From the NCBI RefSeq assembly GCF_006345805.1, contig NC_042999.1, positions 95,666,001 through 95,730,000 on the forward strand: 64,000 nt of DNA, given 5' to 3'. A model generated the notes under the pieces. It was not told where the DNA came from. It did not search any database and saw only the letters and a list, made by a program, of their open reading frames with translations. Positions within the stretch are counted from its first letter, which is position 1. Each line of letters opens with the position of its first letter. Source of the DNA: Octopus sinensis. Its lineage: Eukaryota. Shown piece after piece: positions 39,922 through 53,920 of the stretch. A program made the translations under genes and the position numbers.

Positions 39922-40055
39922 AAGGGGTTCTTTCAGTTTTCATCTACCAAATCCACTCACAAAGCTTTGGTCAGCCTGAAGCTATAGTAGAAGACACTCA
40001 ACCAAGGTGCCACACAATGAGACAGAACCCAGAATCATCTTACCACACAGCTACA
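39922..40055 (-). mobile_element. SINE 5' head remnant
   Basis: Plus strand TTTCAGTTTTCATCTACCAAATCCACTCACAAAGCTTTGGTC...TAGTAGAAGACACT...AAGGTGCCAC is the reverse complement of the head seen at 53921-54060. Confidence 0.7.
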
Positions 40056-40543
40056 CCTATACCACCCATCCTCGCACTTATATCAGCCACGCCAGCACCT
40101 GTGTATATACAGATGTATATATCTTTGGGAGTGTATGTCTGTGTTTGTGTTTGTGTCATGTTTGTCCACCATTACCACTTGAGAACTGGTGTTGGCCTGT
40201 TTACATCTGTATAACTTGGCATTTCAGCAAAACAAATCAATAAAATAAGTATCAGGTTAAAAAAAAAAAAAGTACTAAGGTTGATTTGTTTGACAAAACT
40301 CTTCAGTCAGTGCTCAGCATGCAGTCCAGTGACTGGAATAAGTAAAATATGATTTCTCTGTGATCATTTCAATATCTGGCCTTACAGACGTGTGTAGCTC
40401 AATATTCAGTGTCAATTTGATATAGGTAGGGAGCTTATGTGCAATGCAAACATTTGATCACTATAAACAAATCTTGTGTGTTATTTTTTTGGCAAGACAT
40501 TTCAGAATTCCCAACTGTAGTTCTAATGATCCAAGAGTCCATA

Positions 40544-40574
<31 letters not shown>

Positions 40575-41171
40575 CAAACACACACACACACACACACACA
40601 CATGTATAAATCTATAATGTATGTATGTGTGTATGCATGCATGCATACACATAAATGTGTAGAAATTGGAGCTAGTGAAGTCTCAGATATTCTCTAACAA
40701 CCTCTTCTGACTTTTTAGAGGTATAGCAAGGAGCCAGGTTCTCCTACCATACATATAGCGTCTCAGCAGTAACCCTCTCTAGCCAGGGATTGAGCCTAAG
40801 GCCCTGTTCAAAGACGTGGGGATGAATTCCAGTGTATGGCTGCAGTTAGAACACCTTCTGTGTCCTTTCTTGCCCATCACAAAATCATAGTCTCCCTTAC
40901 AGCTGCCTATGTCATGTCTTAAAGTTTACAGTGTTCACAAAGCATTGAGCTGCAGTTATGATGTTGGCATTTTGATACGCAGTGCGAATCATCATGGCAC
41001 AGATAACTCTTTTCCAATAATCTGATGGCTTCTAGTCTTCCATGTCAGCTAACGTTCTCTCAACTGCTACTTTAATCTTTATGATCTTCAATGCCTTTAA
41101 TTATTTACCAATGCTCCAACCTGTTTTTGATGAGAGGAGAGATAAAATATTGTCAAATTTAACCCAAATGC

Positions 41172-41251
<80 letters not shown>

Positions 41252-41561
41252 CCAAAATGTTGGAATGGATTAGATAAAATCCAGGTTACATATGTTCAAT
41301 AGCTTGTGAAACCTTGGAAGTAGTAAATTATACAAATGAGGGGTAGACCATAAGTTGCTCTTCAGGCTAAGTATACTTTGATTATATTAAGTTTACATCG
41401 TCGTTGGGAGATCTTGAGTAAACTCATTGGAGATTTGATCAAAATGCAATATATATGTATACATGCCTTGTACCAAAGGCAATAGAAAGGTTTGCATAAA
41501 ATTTATCTTAACTGACATAGGTCTTTCAAATTACAAATGATAAAGTAATTTTTCTGCTATA

Positions 41562-42150
41562 CTACTCAATATAGTCTCCATCACAAGTGATACGTTTGGG
41601 CTTTTGTTGATCCCAACTCACAAATTCTCTTAGAATAATTCAGGTGTGCCCTCTTTTACTCTCTTTTTCACAACCACTTTCATCTCATATGTTTCATCAA
41701 ATCATAGTCCCTGATTAATGTTTGTCATTGGCTTTTCTTTCAGTGGTGGAAATTGGAGAATATCAGATCTAGGCTGTATGGTAGAAGAGGGAGAACTACA
41801 TCATCCCAATTTGCTTATGGACTAATTTGTTGTTAAAAATACTTGAAGCTTCACATTATAGGATTTTTCATATTCTTATTTTAGGATTTCTTCCTAATGG
41901 CTTCTTTAAGCTTTTGGTGTGTCTCAATGTACCACTTGCTGTTCACAGTATAGCCACATTCTAGAAAATGAAGGAAAATAACCCTCTTGCTATCCACAAA
42001 AATATTCCCTATGATTTACTGCTTTGATCACTGATTCTTAAATTTCTTCAGCCTTGGAGAAGCTGATGTGACATCATTCCATGGACTTGAGCCTTCATTT
42101 TCAGATCATAAAGATGTCGGATTTTTTTTATTCTCTGCTCATTTCTCAAA
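41562..42150 (-). mobile_element. Mariner-type (DD34D family) transposase remnant
   Basis: Minus translation gives SPRLKKFK...IFVDSKRVIFLHFLECGYTVNSKWYIETHQKLKEAIRKK, then YSLDL..SDILQFPPLK and a C-terminal DGDYIE*. These match mariner motifs (FWD.KGV...FL..G.TVN..Y; YSPDLAPSD). Confidence 0.7.
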
Positions 42151-42737
42151 CATTTAACATGAAAAATAAGGAAGCAAGTGAGCTCAGGATCATTCATAGT
42201 GGGTATCAAAATGTTGTATATTAAGACTAGTACTCATAAAAATGTCTTTCATCAAAAAAGAAATGTTGTATCACTAGTATTAGTATAAGGAAGACCTTCA
42301 TATAGCACTTGCATTAAGAAAATTTAAACATCAAGAATGATTTGTAGATTTATCACCTGTAAATTGTTTTTAAAAACTGCCCCAATACGAATTTTTTCAA
42401 GAAAATCCTGAGATTCAGTTCTTAGATAATATTTTCCACAACTATCATTCTATATTTATATGTAGTGTGTGTGTGTATACATTTATGCATGCATACACAC
42501 AAACATTCATACATACATACATGCATGCATGCATATATGCATACATGCATGCATGCATACATACATACATACATATGTATGCATTGATGAAATAATTTAA
42601 GACCGTAAAAGTCATGTTATTAAAATCTTTTCACACACTTCAAAAGAGTTTGTTAAACATATTTACTATGTAAGCATATAATCTAAAATGTGGTGGTGTC
42701 AAAGTGACTCCTGTTAGAAGTTCACAAAATATGTTTA

Positions 42738-43040
42738 CTACAGACAAAATTCTAGTAAGGGTGATAGTAATTTTGTAAAGGTGTAAAACTTGGCAAATAG
42801 CAAATTATTGTTTTCTGTTAGTGATAATGATGGGCAGAAAGAGAAAAATTGAAAAGTTGGTTGATATATTTGTGGCAAATAACCAAAAGGCTCAGTTTCA
42901 TTTAAGGAGAGAAAATTGTCTGATGTTTTGTGGTTGAATGACTTTTTGGCTTGTGTAATGTCAAATTTTGGCATGATTTCATGTTTGAGGAAGATAAACT
43001 CATTGTTGGAGGTGCTAAAGAGAAGCCTTAGGGAGATATT
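42738..43040 (-). CDS. Candidate terminal coding exon (100 aa), unidentified
   Basis: Strong acceptor caatttctgtttttgcaacag followed by an open phase-0 frame, NISLRLLFST...LLEFCL*. No recognisable domain, and an ORF this long can arise by chance on a C/A-rich strand. Confidence 0.2.
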   Translation of the reverse strand, partial: NISLRLLFSTSNNEFIFLKHEIMPKFDITQAKKSFNHKTSDNFLSLNETEPFGYLPQIYQPTFQFFSFCPSLSLTENNNLLFAKFYTFTKLLSPLLEFCL

Positions 43041-45529
43041 CTGTTGCAAAAACAGAAATTGATGTACTAGTTGAGAAGAAATATTTTGGGAACAAGTTCA
43101 AATGTTTAATAATTATAATTCTGAGAAATATTTCAACTGATAAATTATGTATATTGAAATGTTTCCATGTTTGCAACATAAAATATATTTTGATATCTGC
43201 TTCTAGATTATGTGAAACTAATTTTCTGAAAATTTTACGTTTAGATTTTAAATCTTTTCATGTACTTATTTTAATCTAGTATAATGGATGTGTAGATGTA
43301 CTTTTCCTAATATCATTTACATAACCACAAATTAAGACTAGTTAATTGATGTTAGTTTAGTGAACTGATATAAAGTAATTTAATTGCCATAGGCACAACT
43401 CAAACAGAAGCTGCTACTTTTTTTCCCCTATTACTCAAACCAAATAATCTGCTCAGTCAAATAGTTGATACTCATTTTATTTGCTCCATTAGCATATAAT
43501 CATATATCTTTAAGCATATATCCCTTTTAATCCCTCTGGTAAAGCTCATATCTACAATAACATCAAAACTATTTGTTTCACCTTATTCTGTTCTATGAAG
43601 GCTGGTGTATTTAGGTTGAAATGAAGTAAAGTGCTTGATGCTGTTGTTTGACTGCTAATTTTTGGTGCTGGACTCAGTTATGAAAATAAAGCTAATCTAT
43701 TACTCATTTTATCAATAATAAACTATCAGTAACTTTAAACATGATCTTTAGGAAAGATTTGTTTATGAATATAGTTTAAGAATATGTTTAAGAATATAGA
43801 TAATTTCCTTCTTATCAACTTGCCTGAGACTTTCATTGGTTCTTGGGAACATATTTCCTGTATTAAAGTGACCTAAATTAAAACTTTCCATTAAAATTTC
43901 ATGTTAGTTTATGTTCCAACCTAAGCTTAATAATGACAAAGCTATTTTACTATATTGGTCATTATATTTGAAATCTATTGAAAGAAAAAAGAGTTTTTCA
44001 ACAGCAATACAGTAATGAAAAATGTTAAAAAGAGTTATTAAATTTCACCTGATTTTCAATCTTCACTAAAAAGAGTGGAAAATATTTTTCTTCGCAGTGT
44101 ATGTCGTTCATTGATAGACAGAATGTAGTTGACTGACATTAAAGGAATGTGTTTAAGAAGAATAACTAGTAATATTCCTTTTGAACGGGTACATAGGATT
44201 AAAGATGCAAGAATGAAGGTAATTTAGATAAGTGAAATAAATGTTGGAGCTCAAATAAGAATGTCAACATTGATGAAGTGGAATTCAGAAAGAAAACTTT
44301 AAGTACAACCCAAACTGTATGACTGTGAGTAGAATTCTGGTCAAATATATTAACTTCACATTGAAAGCATTCACTTGAAAGGTTTTTATGCTAAAATCTG
44401 TCAAAATCATTTCTATGAAAACTCTTCATAATATTCACTTATATTTTTCTATTGTTAGCTGAAAGGAAACCATAGTTGGTGAGTACTTGGGAGGTCATAA
44501 CATTTAAGATATTTGACTAAGAAAATTGAATTTTAACTTTCATATGTAGAGATGAATAACAAAACTGTTTTAAATTTGATCTTCACCAGCATCTGTCATT
44601 GATTTAACAATTTGATCTAGATTACCTCAGATATTCTAACAACATGAGTCTTCAGTAGATAATCCTTTGCTGCAAAATATTGAAATCAAATATTGATTTC
44701 TAACTGCAACACTCACAGAAATTTGTAGAGGAGAGCTATGGTTGATTAGATCAGTCAGTACTTTACAAGTACTTATTTTATTGACCCTGGCTGAATAATA
44801 AACAAAAGCAATACCAGTGGAATTTGAGCTTAAAATGTAGAGAAATACAATTGGGTAAAACAATTGTTTCTGTCAAAGACCATATTTTCAAAAAAAAAAA
44901 AAAAAAATAGATATTAGGGTTTCACATTTTACTATGGATGAAGTAAAAGAGTTATTCGATTTTCACTGCTTGTTCTAAAATATGTTGTTCAAATGATTCT
45001 AATATTTCAGTAAATCTTTTTTATGACAAATGACAGACAATACTTATATTTAAATTATAATCATAGCATATAAAAATACAGGGTATTGATGAAAACTGTA
45101 ACAATTTTAAAATGTTTAAATTTCAAGTTTAATGTGCATCATTAAATTACATTGTTGCTACTAGATTACTTTAAATGTAATTTTATACTTGTAAATAATT
45201 ATTTTAATGTTGGCATGAAACTGGTTTATGAGAAAAATTCAAATGTTTGCCTTTCTAAAAGTTTAGTACTTCTACTTCTGTAATTTCAAATTGGTGTGAA
45301 GAAAATGTGTCAGGTATTTGTATGCTGTTAATTCATATACAAACAACTCATTCTCTCGCTTTCTCTCTCTCTCCACACACACACATGCATACACACATAC
45401 ATTCATACATACACCTCACACATACTTGCATATATACATGCATGCATGCATGCATACATACATACATAGCCTCTCATGGACTTATGAACATTACTTCATC
45501 TCACATATCAAAGACTATCTAAGAGTAGG

Positions 45530-46035
45530 AGATTGCTGGAAAATATCTAGTGGAAAATTAGAGCAGCTGCCCAAAAATCATGATTTTTGACTGTGACATA
45601 ATGCTTTTGCTAAAAAGAATATACTATACTATCCACAGAAAAGTACTGTCTTATTAAATACTTACATACTTATCGACACATGGAATGCTGGCAGAACATT
45701 CTCATAAAAACTTGTACCAAGTGCAAATGTAACAGGCCTGATATAGTTATTTGGGACAGGAAGAAAAATGTTTTGACATAGACATTGGATGTCCTGTTGA
45801 TGTAAATATCTCTCCCAAAACTCTATGAGAAGGAAAATAAGCTGTTTCTCTACCCTGGTTATAAATTCACATGTATACTAATAAGCAGTGGTGCACTTGG
45901 GTGTGTTAGTAAATGCCTAAAGGACATGTTAGAAAATATTGGCTTTTTGAACATAGACAAAGAGCAGCTGCATGTTATGGGTACAGCTTGTAAGTTGAAT
46001 AGTAAAAATATGCAAGACTTTGCTAAAGTTTAGTA
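45530..46035 (+). mobile_element. R4/Dong-type RLE 3' fragment
   Basis: KCKCNRPDIVIWDRKK...DIGCPVDVNIS...YPGYKFT...GALGCVSKCLK...ICKTLLKF* (PD..D endonuclease motif). A second fragment lies at about 51560-51930 (-): WWNVPVKTSIECKHNRLDIIIWDREEK. Confidence 0.8.
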
Positions 46036-46187
46036 TGTTACAATTATTGTTGTTATTTAACCAAATTTGATATTATTATCATCCAAAATTGGTAGAGCTT
46101 TAATTTCTGCATTAGAAACCTGCTCCCTCCCTCTAAGATGAATACTAATAAATAAATAAAAGTGAAAAGACATACACACCATACGTG

Positions 46188-46235
<48 letters not shown>

Positions 46236-47921
46236 ACATGCTCACACACCTGGATCTCATAATGATTTAATTCAACCCAAAAATACTGGTTGCTCTGTTG
46301 AATATTCCATCAGGAGTCAAAATCAAGTGTTTTGAAAAGTGCTTAAGAAGACTTTTGGAAGGTGTGTGTATATGGAGATATCTAGTATTCTAAACGAGAT
46401 AAGACACTGCAAGTCTGTTGTTTGATTCATGTTTGAATTAGGCATGAAGATGGGGAAACAAGCAGAGGGGAGTAGAGATTTATTTATTGTAGATTTTGTT
46501 CCAGTTGATGAAAGTAAGGTCATGGGCACAAATGACAATTCTGATTTTGATTACTGCATAGTTAAATATTTTGTTCCCATTTGGTGTAGTGATTTTTTTC
46601 TCAAATAATATGGTCTGTTATGAGTAGATTTTTTTTTACACGAATTTTAATGAGAATAGCTGTATTATATGCATTGCTTAAAAGCAGCTTTTATATACTG
46701 GAGAGCCTTAATAACCAATCACATTTTGACTTCTAAGACAACATAAAAAAGGTTACTTGGTTAACATCACATTTGTGTGTGAAGTTCTGTTCATCAATTA
46801 TTAATCAAACTGAAACACAACACATGTGCACAACACATTCACACTTTCACTTATTTACCTTCTCACATACATTGTAATTATATCAATATACAATGTAAAC
46901 ACTTTTATGAAACAGGAAATAAATATCAAAACAAATAATGTAGTGAATTTAAACAAAGTGAACTGAAATAATACATAATTAAATTTTATAATTATTTGAT
47001 AAATGACTAAAGCCAAACTAAACAGCCTTTAGTCATGGAATTCTAATCGTATGAGATTATCACACAAATAAAACATTTTTAGATAGTCAAAATATTTTTT
47101 CACATTGAAACAAAACTGTTGCAAAAACAGTTATTTTCTATTCAAACAATACAACTAATTAGAAATTAATTGTTATGGCAACTTTCCTGTGATTAAGAAA
47201 ATCACACATTAATGTATAATGAAAAGAAAAATTAAATCTAAACTAATTGTATTTTTTTAACCAAAGGCTGATGTAAATTGTTCAGTAGGAAGTTTTATGA
47301 TGTAATACTTTAAACATACATGCAGTATTTTGTGTTCTACATCTTAATATTGTTTTAATAAGTTTACATATTCTTGGATCTTGCACAGTGATGTGCTTGT
47401 AGAATTGTTTACTACTAATACTAAATGTATATAACCTACAAGGGTCAATTCAACCAACTGTAAATCTTAGTTAAAAAAGTTAATACTCGAGGCTTTATAT
47501 TTTAATCAGTGAGCTTACTGGTGCTTATCATCCTTTGGTACACAAGCAGTAGGATGAGCGATAAAGAGAATGATAGTAGAATGGTACAATGGTTGGAGAG
47601 GAAACAACTGTTTAATGAGAAAGTAACAAGATGAAGGAAAGAATGACAAATGGTAGATTAATATAAATATAAATGTGAGAAAGATCTAAATGTAGATAGT
47701 ATACATTGTAATTTCCATTATCTCAGCAATCATAGAATTTTAAGTTTGTTTCTCCAAGCTTTCGTGGGTGGGACAAGTTTTTCCAGCATAGTATTTGATA
47801 CCATATCACAGTCCTTTGTCATTTCCTTCATGAGTTTCAGATCTTCATTTCATATCTTCTATGGTTTTTATGTATGCAACTCTTCATTATGCAATTAACA
47901 TCTTCCATAAACATCATATAC

Positions 47922-47980
47922 CTGTGCAAGAATTGTCTTCTCTCTCCCAAATTTAAGTTTAGCTAAACTATTGCTCCATC
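47922..47980 (-). CDS. Candidate 59-nt internal exon, (G)WSNSLAKLKFGREKTILAQ
   Basis: Acceptor ttttctttacctccatcctcag and donor CAG|gtatat; frame open from phase 1 to phase 0. The same frame continues downstream with several stops, so a decayed transposon ORF is an alternative. Confidence 0.25.
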
Positions 47981-49448
47981 CTGAGGATGGAGGTAAAGAA
48001 AATGATCACAGCCAAATTGAAAAAAAGCTGTCATAGACAGATAAGTGGGATCCAACAGGAATGAAAATAAAAAAATATATATAAAAATTATAAAATTGAA
48101 ACATTATACACTTTTAACACATATTAAACATGATAAACAAATAAAGTCTCACTTTTTAAAAAAATTGCCAGATTTCACTGAAATAGGTAGTTAATTCTGG
48201 GATACTCTGTATAAAATCATCATCATTATCATTATTTTTTGCGGGCTTTCCATACTATTGTGGTACAAGCATTAGTGAAGGAGTTTTACTCCATAAGATT
48301 AGGGGGTCCTCACCTCTGTGTTCATTAATTCAAAGCTACAAAGCTGAGTAACTGAAGAGAACAAGGGTGGCAGATGAACCAGGGTAGGTGGAAAAAAAAA
48401 GCAAAAGTGTGATAGTAGAAACAGAGCAGTTGAAATGAGAGGGTGGTTTAGAAGCTGAGTGGGTGATATGTAGTAAAAGTTGAATAAAGAGTAAGATTGA
48501 ATGATTAATGTTAATACCAAGTAACCTTGATTGAGTAAATTACGATTTACATATTTTTTCTTTATTACTTTATGTGTTTCAGTCCTAAGGTTGTAGTCAT
48601 ACTGGGGCACTCTGTGTGTGTGTAAACACAGACATACATACATGCATACACTCATATGTTTCTTGGTTTGTGATTATAATTTACATTATACAATAACCAT
48701 AGATGACATAAATTATTATTATTGAAACTCACATTAAATTATATGCAATCATTTTACTTTAGAATTTCTGTTCCAAAATCTGATTCAATCTTATATAGTA
48801 ATAAAGTCAATCTATGTAAGTGTACATATGATCTTAAAATTTCTAGGAATTCATTGTTCAAATAATTTTCCTTTAAGAGTTTTCTTATTCATTATTTTTC
48901 AAATCATTTTCATAATTCTTTAAGCAGAAAGGAATTAAAATTTCCAAAATATATCATTGGGATGTCAATCACTTATTTAAAATTACAATTTGTTCTTGTT
49001 TAAAAGATATTATGCTTCATAGAATTAGTACTTTTGTTAATGTTTGATACTCTTTTACATACATGTGCTGACTGATTTTTCATTAACTTTTTAGTCTTTC
49101 TTTAGTAATGAATTGCTAATTGTGTGTGATGTTATATTTTAGTTTCCTTCTTGTAGTTAGTACAGGCTTTATTTATTATTAACTTTTATATAAATATTTT
49201 ACTGCTTCATTTTATTTTCATGCTACTCTGCAGCAAATTTTGCCATAACTTTTGTGTCTGAATTCAGTTTTGTAGATATATGTCAAGTTGATAATAACAT
49301 ATGATAACCATATTTCTTCAGTTCCTTTATTCTGTTTTGATTGATAGGAATAAATAATTCACATTGACTACATAACATCCTTCTATATTTGTCCTATATA
49401 AATATTATTCTAGTCTTTCTTACACTCATGCATACATGTGTGTGTATG

Positions 49449-49527
<79 letters not shown>

Positions 49528-50436
49528 AGAACTAAAAATCCAATTCAATTATAAATATTATATAAACTTAACAATATTTTGTGAAAGTCCATTTCATCTC
49601 TGTGGTTGCTGCATTAGCTTTCTTAATTCACACCCTACTATCTTAGATAAGGAGAAGATACACTAGAGGATGTAATCATGATTTCCCCACAAAACACAGG
49701 ATGATTATGACTAGAATGCTTTTGACCATAGAGGCACTTTGGCAGAGTTGAGCTGGGATTAAACCACAACTACTAATGTAAAATCAGCAATTATACAATT
49801 CAAAGAAATCTTACAGCAATGCAAACAGAACCAATGAGAAATGTTCTCAAACTGATAAAAAAAATATTACCATAGTTTTATTGTTCAACTTGAATAGAAG
49901 TAATGTATATTTTAACATATCTTTATAAAAGTTTCTTTTTAATGATAATATGAAAAATAATTGCCAAAATTAACATAGATTATATTTGATTTTTAAAGGA
50001 TTTTTATTTTTACAAGCTTACTTTGCTCTCTTCTTTTGTTTCGCTTTATGTGGTTCAGTTTTTAAGCATTAATAATACTTAGATATGATTTCTAGTTGGC
50101 ATCATAGTAATTTTCCTTTTGAAGATTCTTGTTGACGTTAAATTCATAAACAATTTTGCTGTGAATTATCTGTGTCAATTAACAATATTTTGCTCTCAGT
50201 AGAAATTAATGCTTTCTTTAATTTCAATGGGCTTCATTTCTTTGCTGACATTGATTTTAGATTTTTTTTGCTTATATTCTAATAACAATCACACATACTC
50301 CCTATTAAGTTATTTGTATCTCCGCTTATTGCTCAACAAACCAATTGCTTTACTTTACTAACAAGGTTCAATAAGCTGTCAAAAATATACACCCATTTCT
50401 CTATCTCTGTCTCTCTCTCTCTCTCTTTCTTCACAG

Positions 50437-50502
50437 TTTCCCACACAGAGATTCGCACGGAAGGCTTCCTCAGCCAACTCTCTACGTCTGAGTCCACCTA
50501 AG
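50437..50502 (+). CDS. Candidate 66-nt exon, FPTQRFARKASSANSLRLSPPK
   Basis: Long pyrimidine tract ending ttcttcacag, and a consensus donor AAG|gtaagc. Frame-preserving and open in phase 0. It retains three CpGs in a CpG-poor region. No neighbouring exons were identified. Confidence 0.35.
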
Positions 50503-50509
50503 GTAAGCT

Positions 50510-51160
50510 CATGGTCATAACAAGTCATATAACACAAATATCTACCATTATTCTTGTAATATTTGTCTGAATGTTCTGGATACATTCATACAAGTTAATT
50601 CTTCTTTGTCATACAGTTCTGATAATCCCAACCAACTTCAATAAATTATCATTACTGTCTCCTGTGCATAAATATTAATGCAGAACAATCTGTAATCAAA
50701 TATATGAAAGTAATTAAAACAAAATTCCAGTATTTTAGAAATACTCCAACACTCATGTATGGTTTCATAGAACTGTCTTTTGTTTTTATTACTCTCTAAA
50801 AGATCATGATTTTGATGAAACTGTTCATTTAGAATATCTCTAGAATTCAGAAAGTAAAAATATTTTTGCATTAATAGATATTAATACTCAAAACACAAAA
50901 GTCATAAATCATTTTCTTGATTTAAGTGTTTTTCCAATCCAAATTGTTAATCAATGTAGAAGATTTTGTGGAGATTTTATTTCTGACTTTAAGGAATATC
51001 ATTTTATACCAGCTAGCTATTATATTTTGAATGTTCATTGAATTAACCCCTTTTGCTGATGGTTGTCCCAAGTATTGATTTCTGCTGGGCCTAAAGTCAA
51101 TATTTTCTTTCTCTTGTCGATCTTCTGTGGTTCATTGATAAATTTTATTGCCTATTCTTC
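50510..51160 (-). mobile_element. Possible hAT (ZMYM1-like) transposase remnant
   Basis: Interrupted frames give TLGP...ASWYKM...IYDFCVL, LLESNKNKRQFYETIHECW and NNGRYL...YD, loosely matching hAT N-terminal motifs (GP.Q, F..WY, HE.S..H...W, NNGNFL...FDP). Confidence 0.3.
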
Positions 51161-51969
51161 TTATTTGTATTATCATGCACTGAGTTCATGAGATGATTAC
51201 AAATTACAGTTCAGTACTTAAAATATATCCATTTATGTGTACAGATGAAAATTTGCATGCATTTCATTGATTATACATTAATACTACAAATCAAAATTGA
51301 ATAGAAGTAACAAACTACTATAGAACTTGTACAGTAATTTTACATACATATGTAGGCTTGCTTGTGTTTGTGTGTGTGTATCGATAGATAGATGTGTGTA
51401 AATATATCATCATCATCATCATTGCTTTAACATTCAACTTATATGTATGTATGTATGTATACATGCATTTATATGTTTTGTTTTGTGTGTGCCTTTTCAT
51501 GTATATGCTTGCATATGTAGACATGCTCATATATACTTAAATGATAAACTTCTGGTTAGTCTTACAGATATTTACAGTTCCAGTGATGGCTTGAATCTGT
51601 AGACTTCGAATCAGCTTTCTCTTTTCTGGTTTTGAGAAGCCTAATTTCTCACAATTGGTATTTAGGCAGTGTGTTACATATCCCAGTGCCCACAGGTATA
51701 AACTTGAACTTGTAATCTAGAGAGAGTAACTTCAGATTTCTCAATAGTTCAGCATAGGTATTCCCTTTTTCACTGATCTTCAGCTGTATGTTAACATCAG
51801 CTGGGCAGCTGACTTCCACAAATGTACATTTTCTCTTCTCTGTCCCAAATTATTATATCAAGTCTATTGTGTTTACATTCTATTGAGGTTTTCACTGGGA
51901 CATTCCACCAGTACTTTTTATTATAAGTGGTTAGGGCTTCTATATATATATATATATGTGTGTGTGTGT

Positions 51970-52019
<50 letters not shown>

Positions 52020-53920
52020 TTCTCCTCCATGAGGTTCGGTATCTTGAGAACCTTCAGTACTTTATCCTATGTCTTCCCAAGCCTCCCCTCTTCACAAGTT
52101 CCATACACTTTGAACAACTGGCACTTTTTTTATGTAGCTGTCCTCATCCATATACATCCTGTAACAGATGTATCCCCATCCTCATCATCATCCTTTTTAA
52201 CATCTGTATCCCATGCTGCCATGAGTTGGACAGTTTGACAGGATCCAACAAACCTGAAGGCTGGACCTAGCTCCAGTGAGCCTTGCCATGGTTTCTACAA
52301 CTGGATGCCTTTTCTAACACTCATCACATTGCAGTGTGTACTGAATGCCTTTTTCATGACACCAGCACTAGTGAGGTTGCCAAGGAACTTGCATGACAAA
52401 AAATAAAAACGGCTGTTGTGAGTAAGTGGGGGGGCAAGATTTGAGAGGCTTTATGACAAGTGCAGAAAGGTTAAAGCATGATATAGGGACAAGCACAGCT
52501 CTCTTTCTATGGAAGCGACATATGCCTACCCCACATTATATAAAGTGGATGGGAATAGTTGGGAAGGAGGTAAAGAATGTAGTGGTGTAGTGACAAAGCA
52601 AACGCTCAAAGTACAAGAAAGTGAGCTCAGACAATGATCAGGAGAAGAGAGGAAAGAGTGGATACATTCATAAGAGTGTGTGAATGAGTAGCAGATGGTT
52701 AAAGATGAAGTTAGAGGCAAATATAGTGAGGTTGGAGATATGTTTGATGGGAAATATCCATATGGAGAGATGTAATGTGTGATAGACATGAGTGGCTCAA
52801 GAAAGATAGATCAGAAGGTAGAGTGCAAGGTGTTGACTGATGAGTATTTATAAGGGTAGCTATTGTGAATCAGGTGTGATGGCAGATATGAGTGGGTGCT
52901 GAGAAAGATAGTAAATATGTTAGGTGTTAAAATGGAGTATGGCTGAGGAGAGATAACAGAAGGGACAAAAGGAGGTGATTGGTGAAAATGGTAAGGACAA
53001 GGGATGGAAGTAGTTCTTGTAGTGGTGGAGGATAACAGTTAGTACAAAGAAAGGGGAAGGAGTAATATGTGCTGATACAGCCTTCAAGTGATTACAGTTG
53101 TTAAGTAGTGCCATAGAAAGAGAAGTGATATACAGCTGAGTATTTGGTTAATGAGATGTAAAGAATGGGCTACAACATTAGCAGAAAACTATTAAAACAT
53201 CATTTTTGCAGTGGTGGGCAAGCTTTCTCAAATACAGTAATCCTTTCTCTTCTCCTCTATGAGATTCAGTATCTAGAGAACCTTCAGCTCCATTCCTCCC
53301 TAGTTGTCACATGTCCTCAGCATTCACTGCTCATATTTCACTACCATGTAGCTTTGTTGTTCATATACGGGCATCATAGAATCTTTCACTTGCAGCAAGA
53401 AACCTCTTGGTAACAGCTCTCTCAACTTCTTCCATCATATTCTTATTCTAGTAACTATACTTTAAGAGCATCTTCCACTATTCATAATTAGGTCACCTAG
53501 GTCACAGAAACTATTTACTACCTCCTGTGAGCCAATGCCAGTACCCACTGACTGGCTCTTGTGCCGGTGGCATGTAAAAAGCACCATCTGGACGTGGTCA
53601 ATGCCAGTACTCCCTGACTGACTCTCATGCCAGTGGCATGTAAAAAGCACTATCTGAACATGATTGATGCCAGGCCCACCTGACTGGCTCCTATGCCGGT
53701 GGCACATAAAAAGCACCAACTACACTCTTGGAGTGCTTGGTGTCAGGAAGGGCATCCAGCTGTAGAAACATTGCCAGATCAGGTTGGAAACTTGTGCAGC
53801 CACTGGCTCTCCAGACCTCAGTCAAACCATCCTACCCATGCCAGCATGGAAAACGGATGTTAAACAATGATGATGATGATATATATATATATATATATAT
53901 GTACACACGACAGTCACACA

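Noticed and set aside
41743-41830. Strong plus-strand acceptor (ttggcttttctttcag) followed by a short open frame
   Set aside because: It lies on the antisense strand of the mariner transposase remnant.
44600-44660. Minus-strand CTGAAGA-CTCA...TGAG-GTAA-T(CTAG)ATC hammerhead-like string
   Set aside because: GAAA is mutated to GTAA and no stem I can form. It may be chance or a very old relic.
46320-46600. Long frames open on both strands (minus ORF 46323-46538 and its plus shadow)
   Set aside because: No convincing splice boundaries or recognisable motif, so it cannot be supported.
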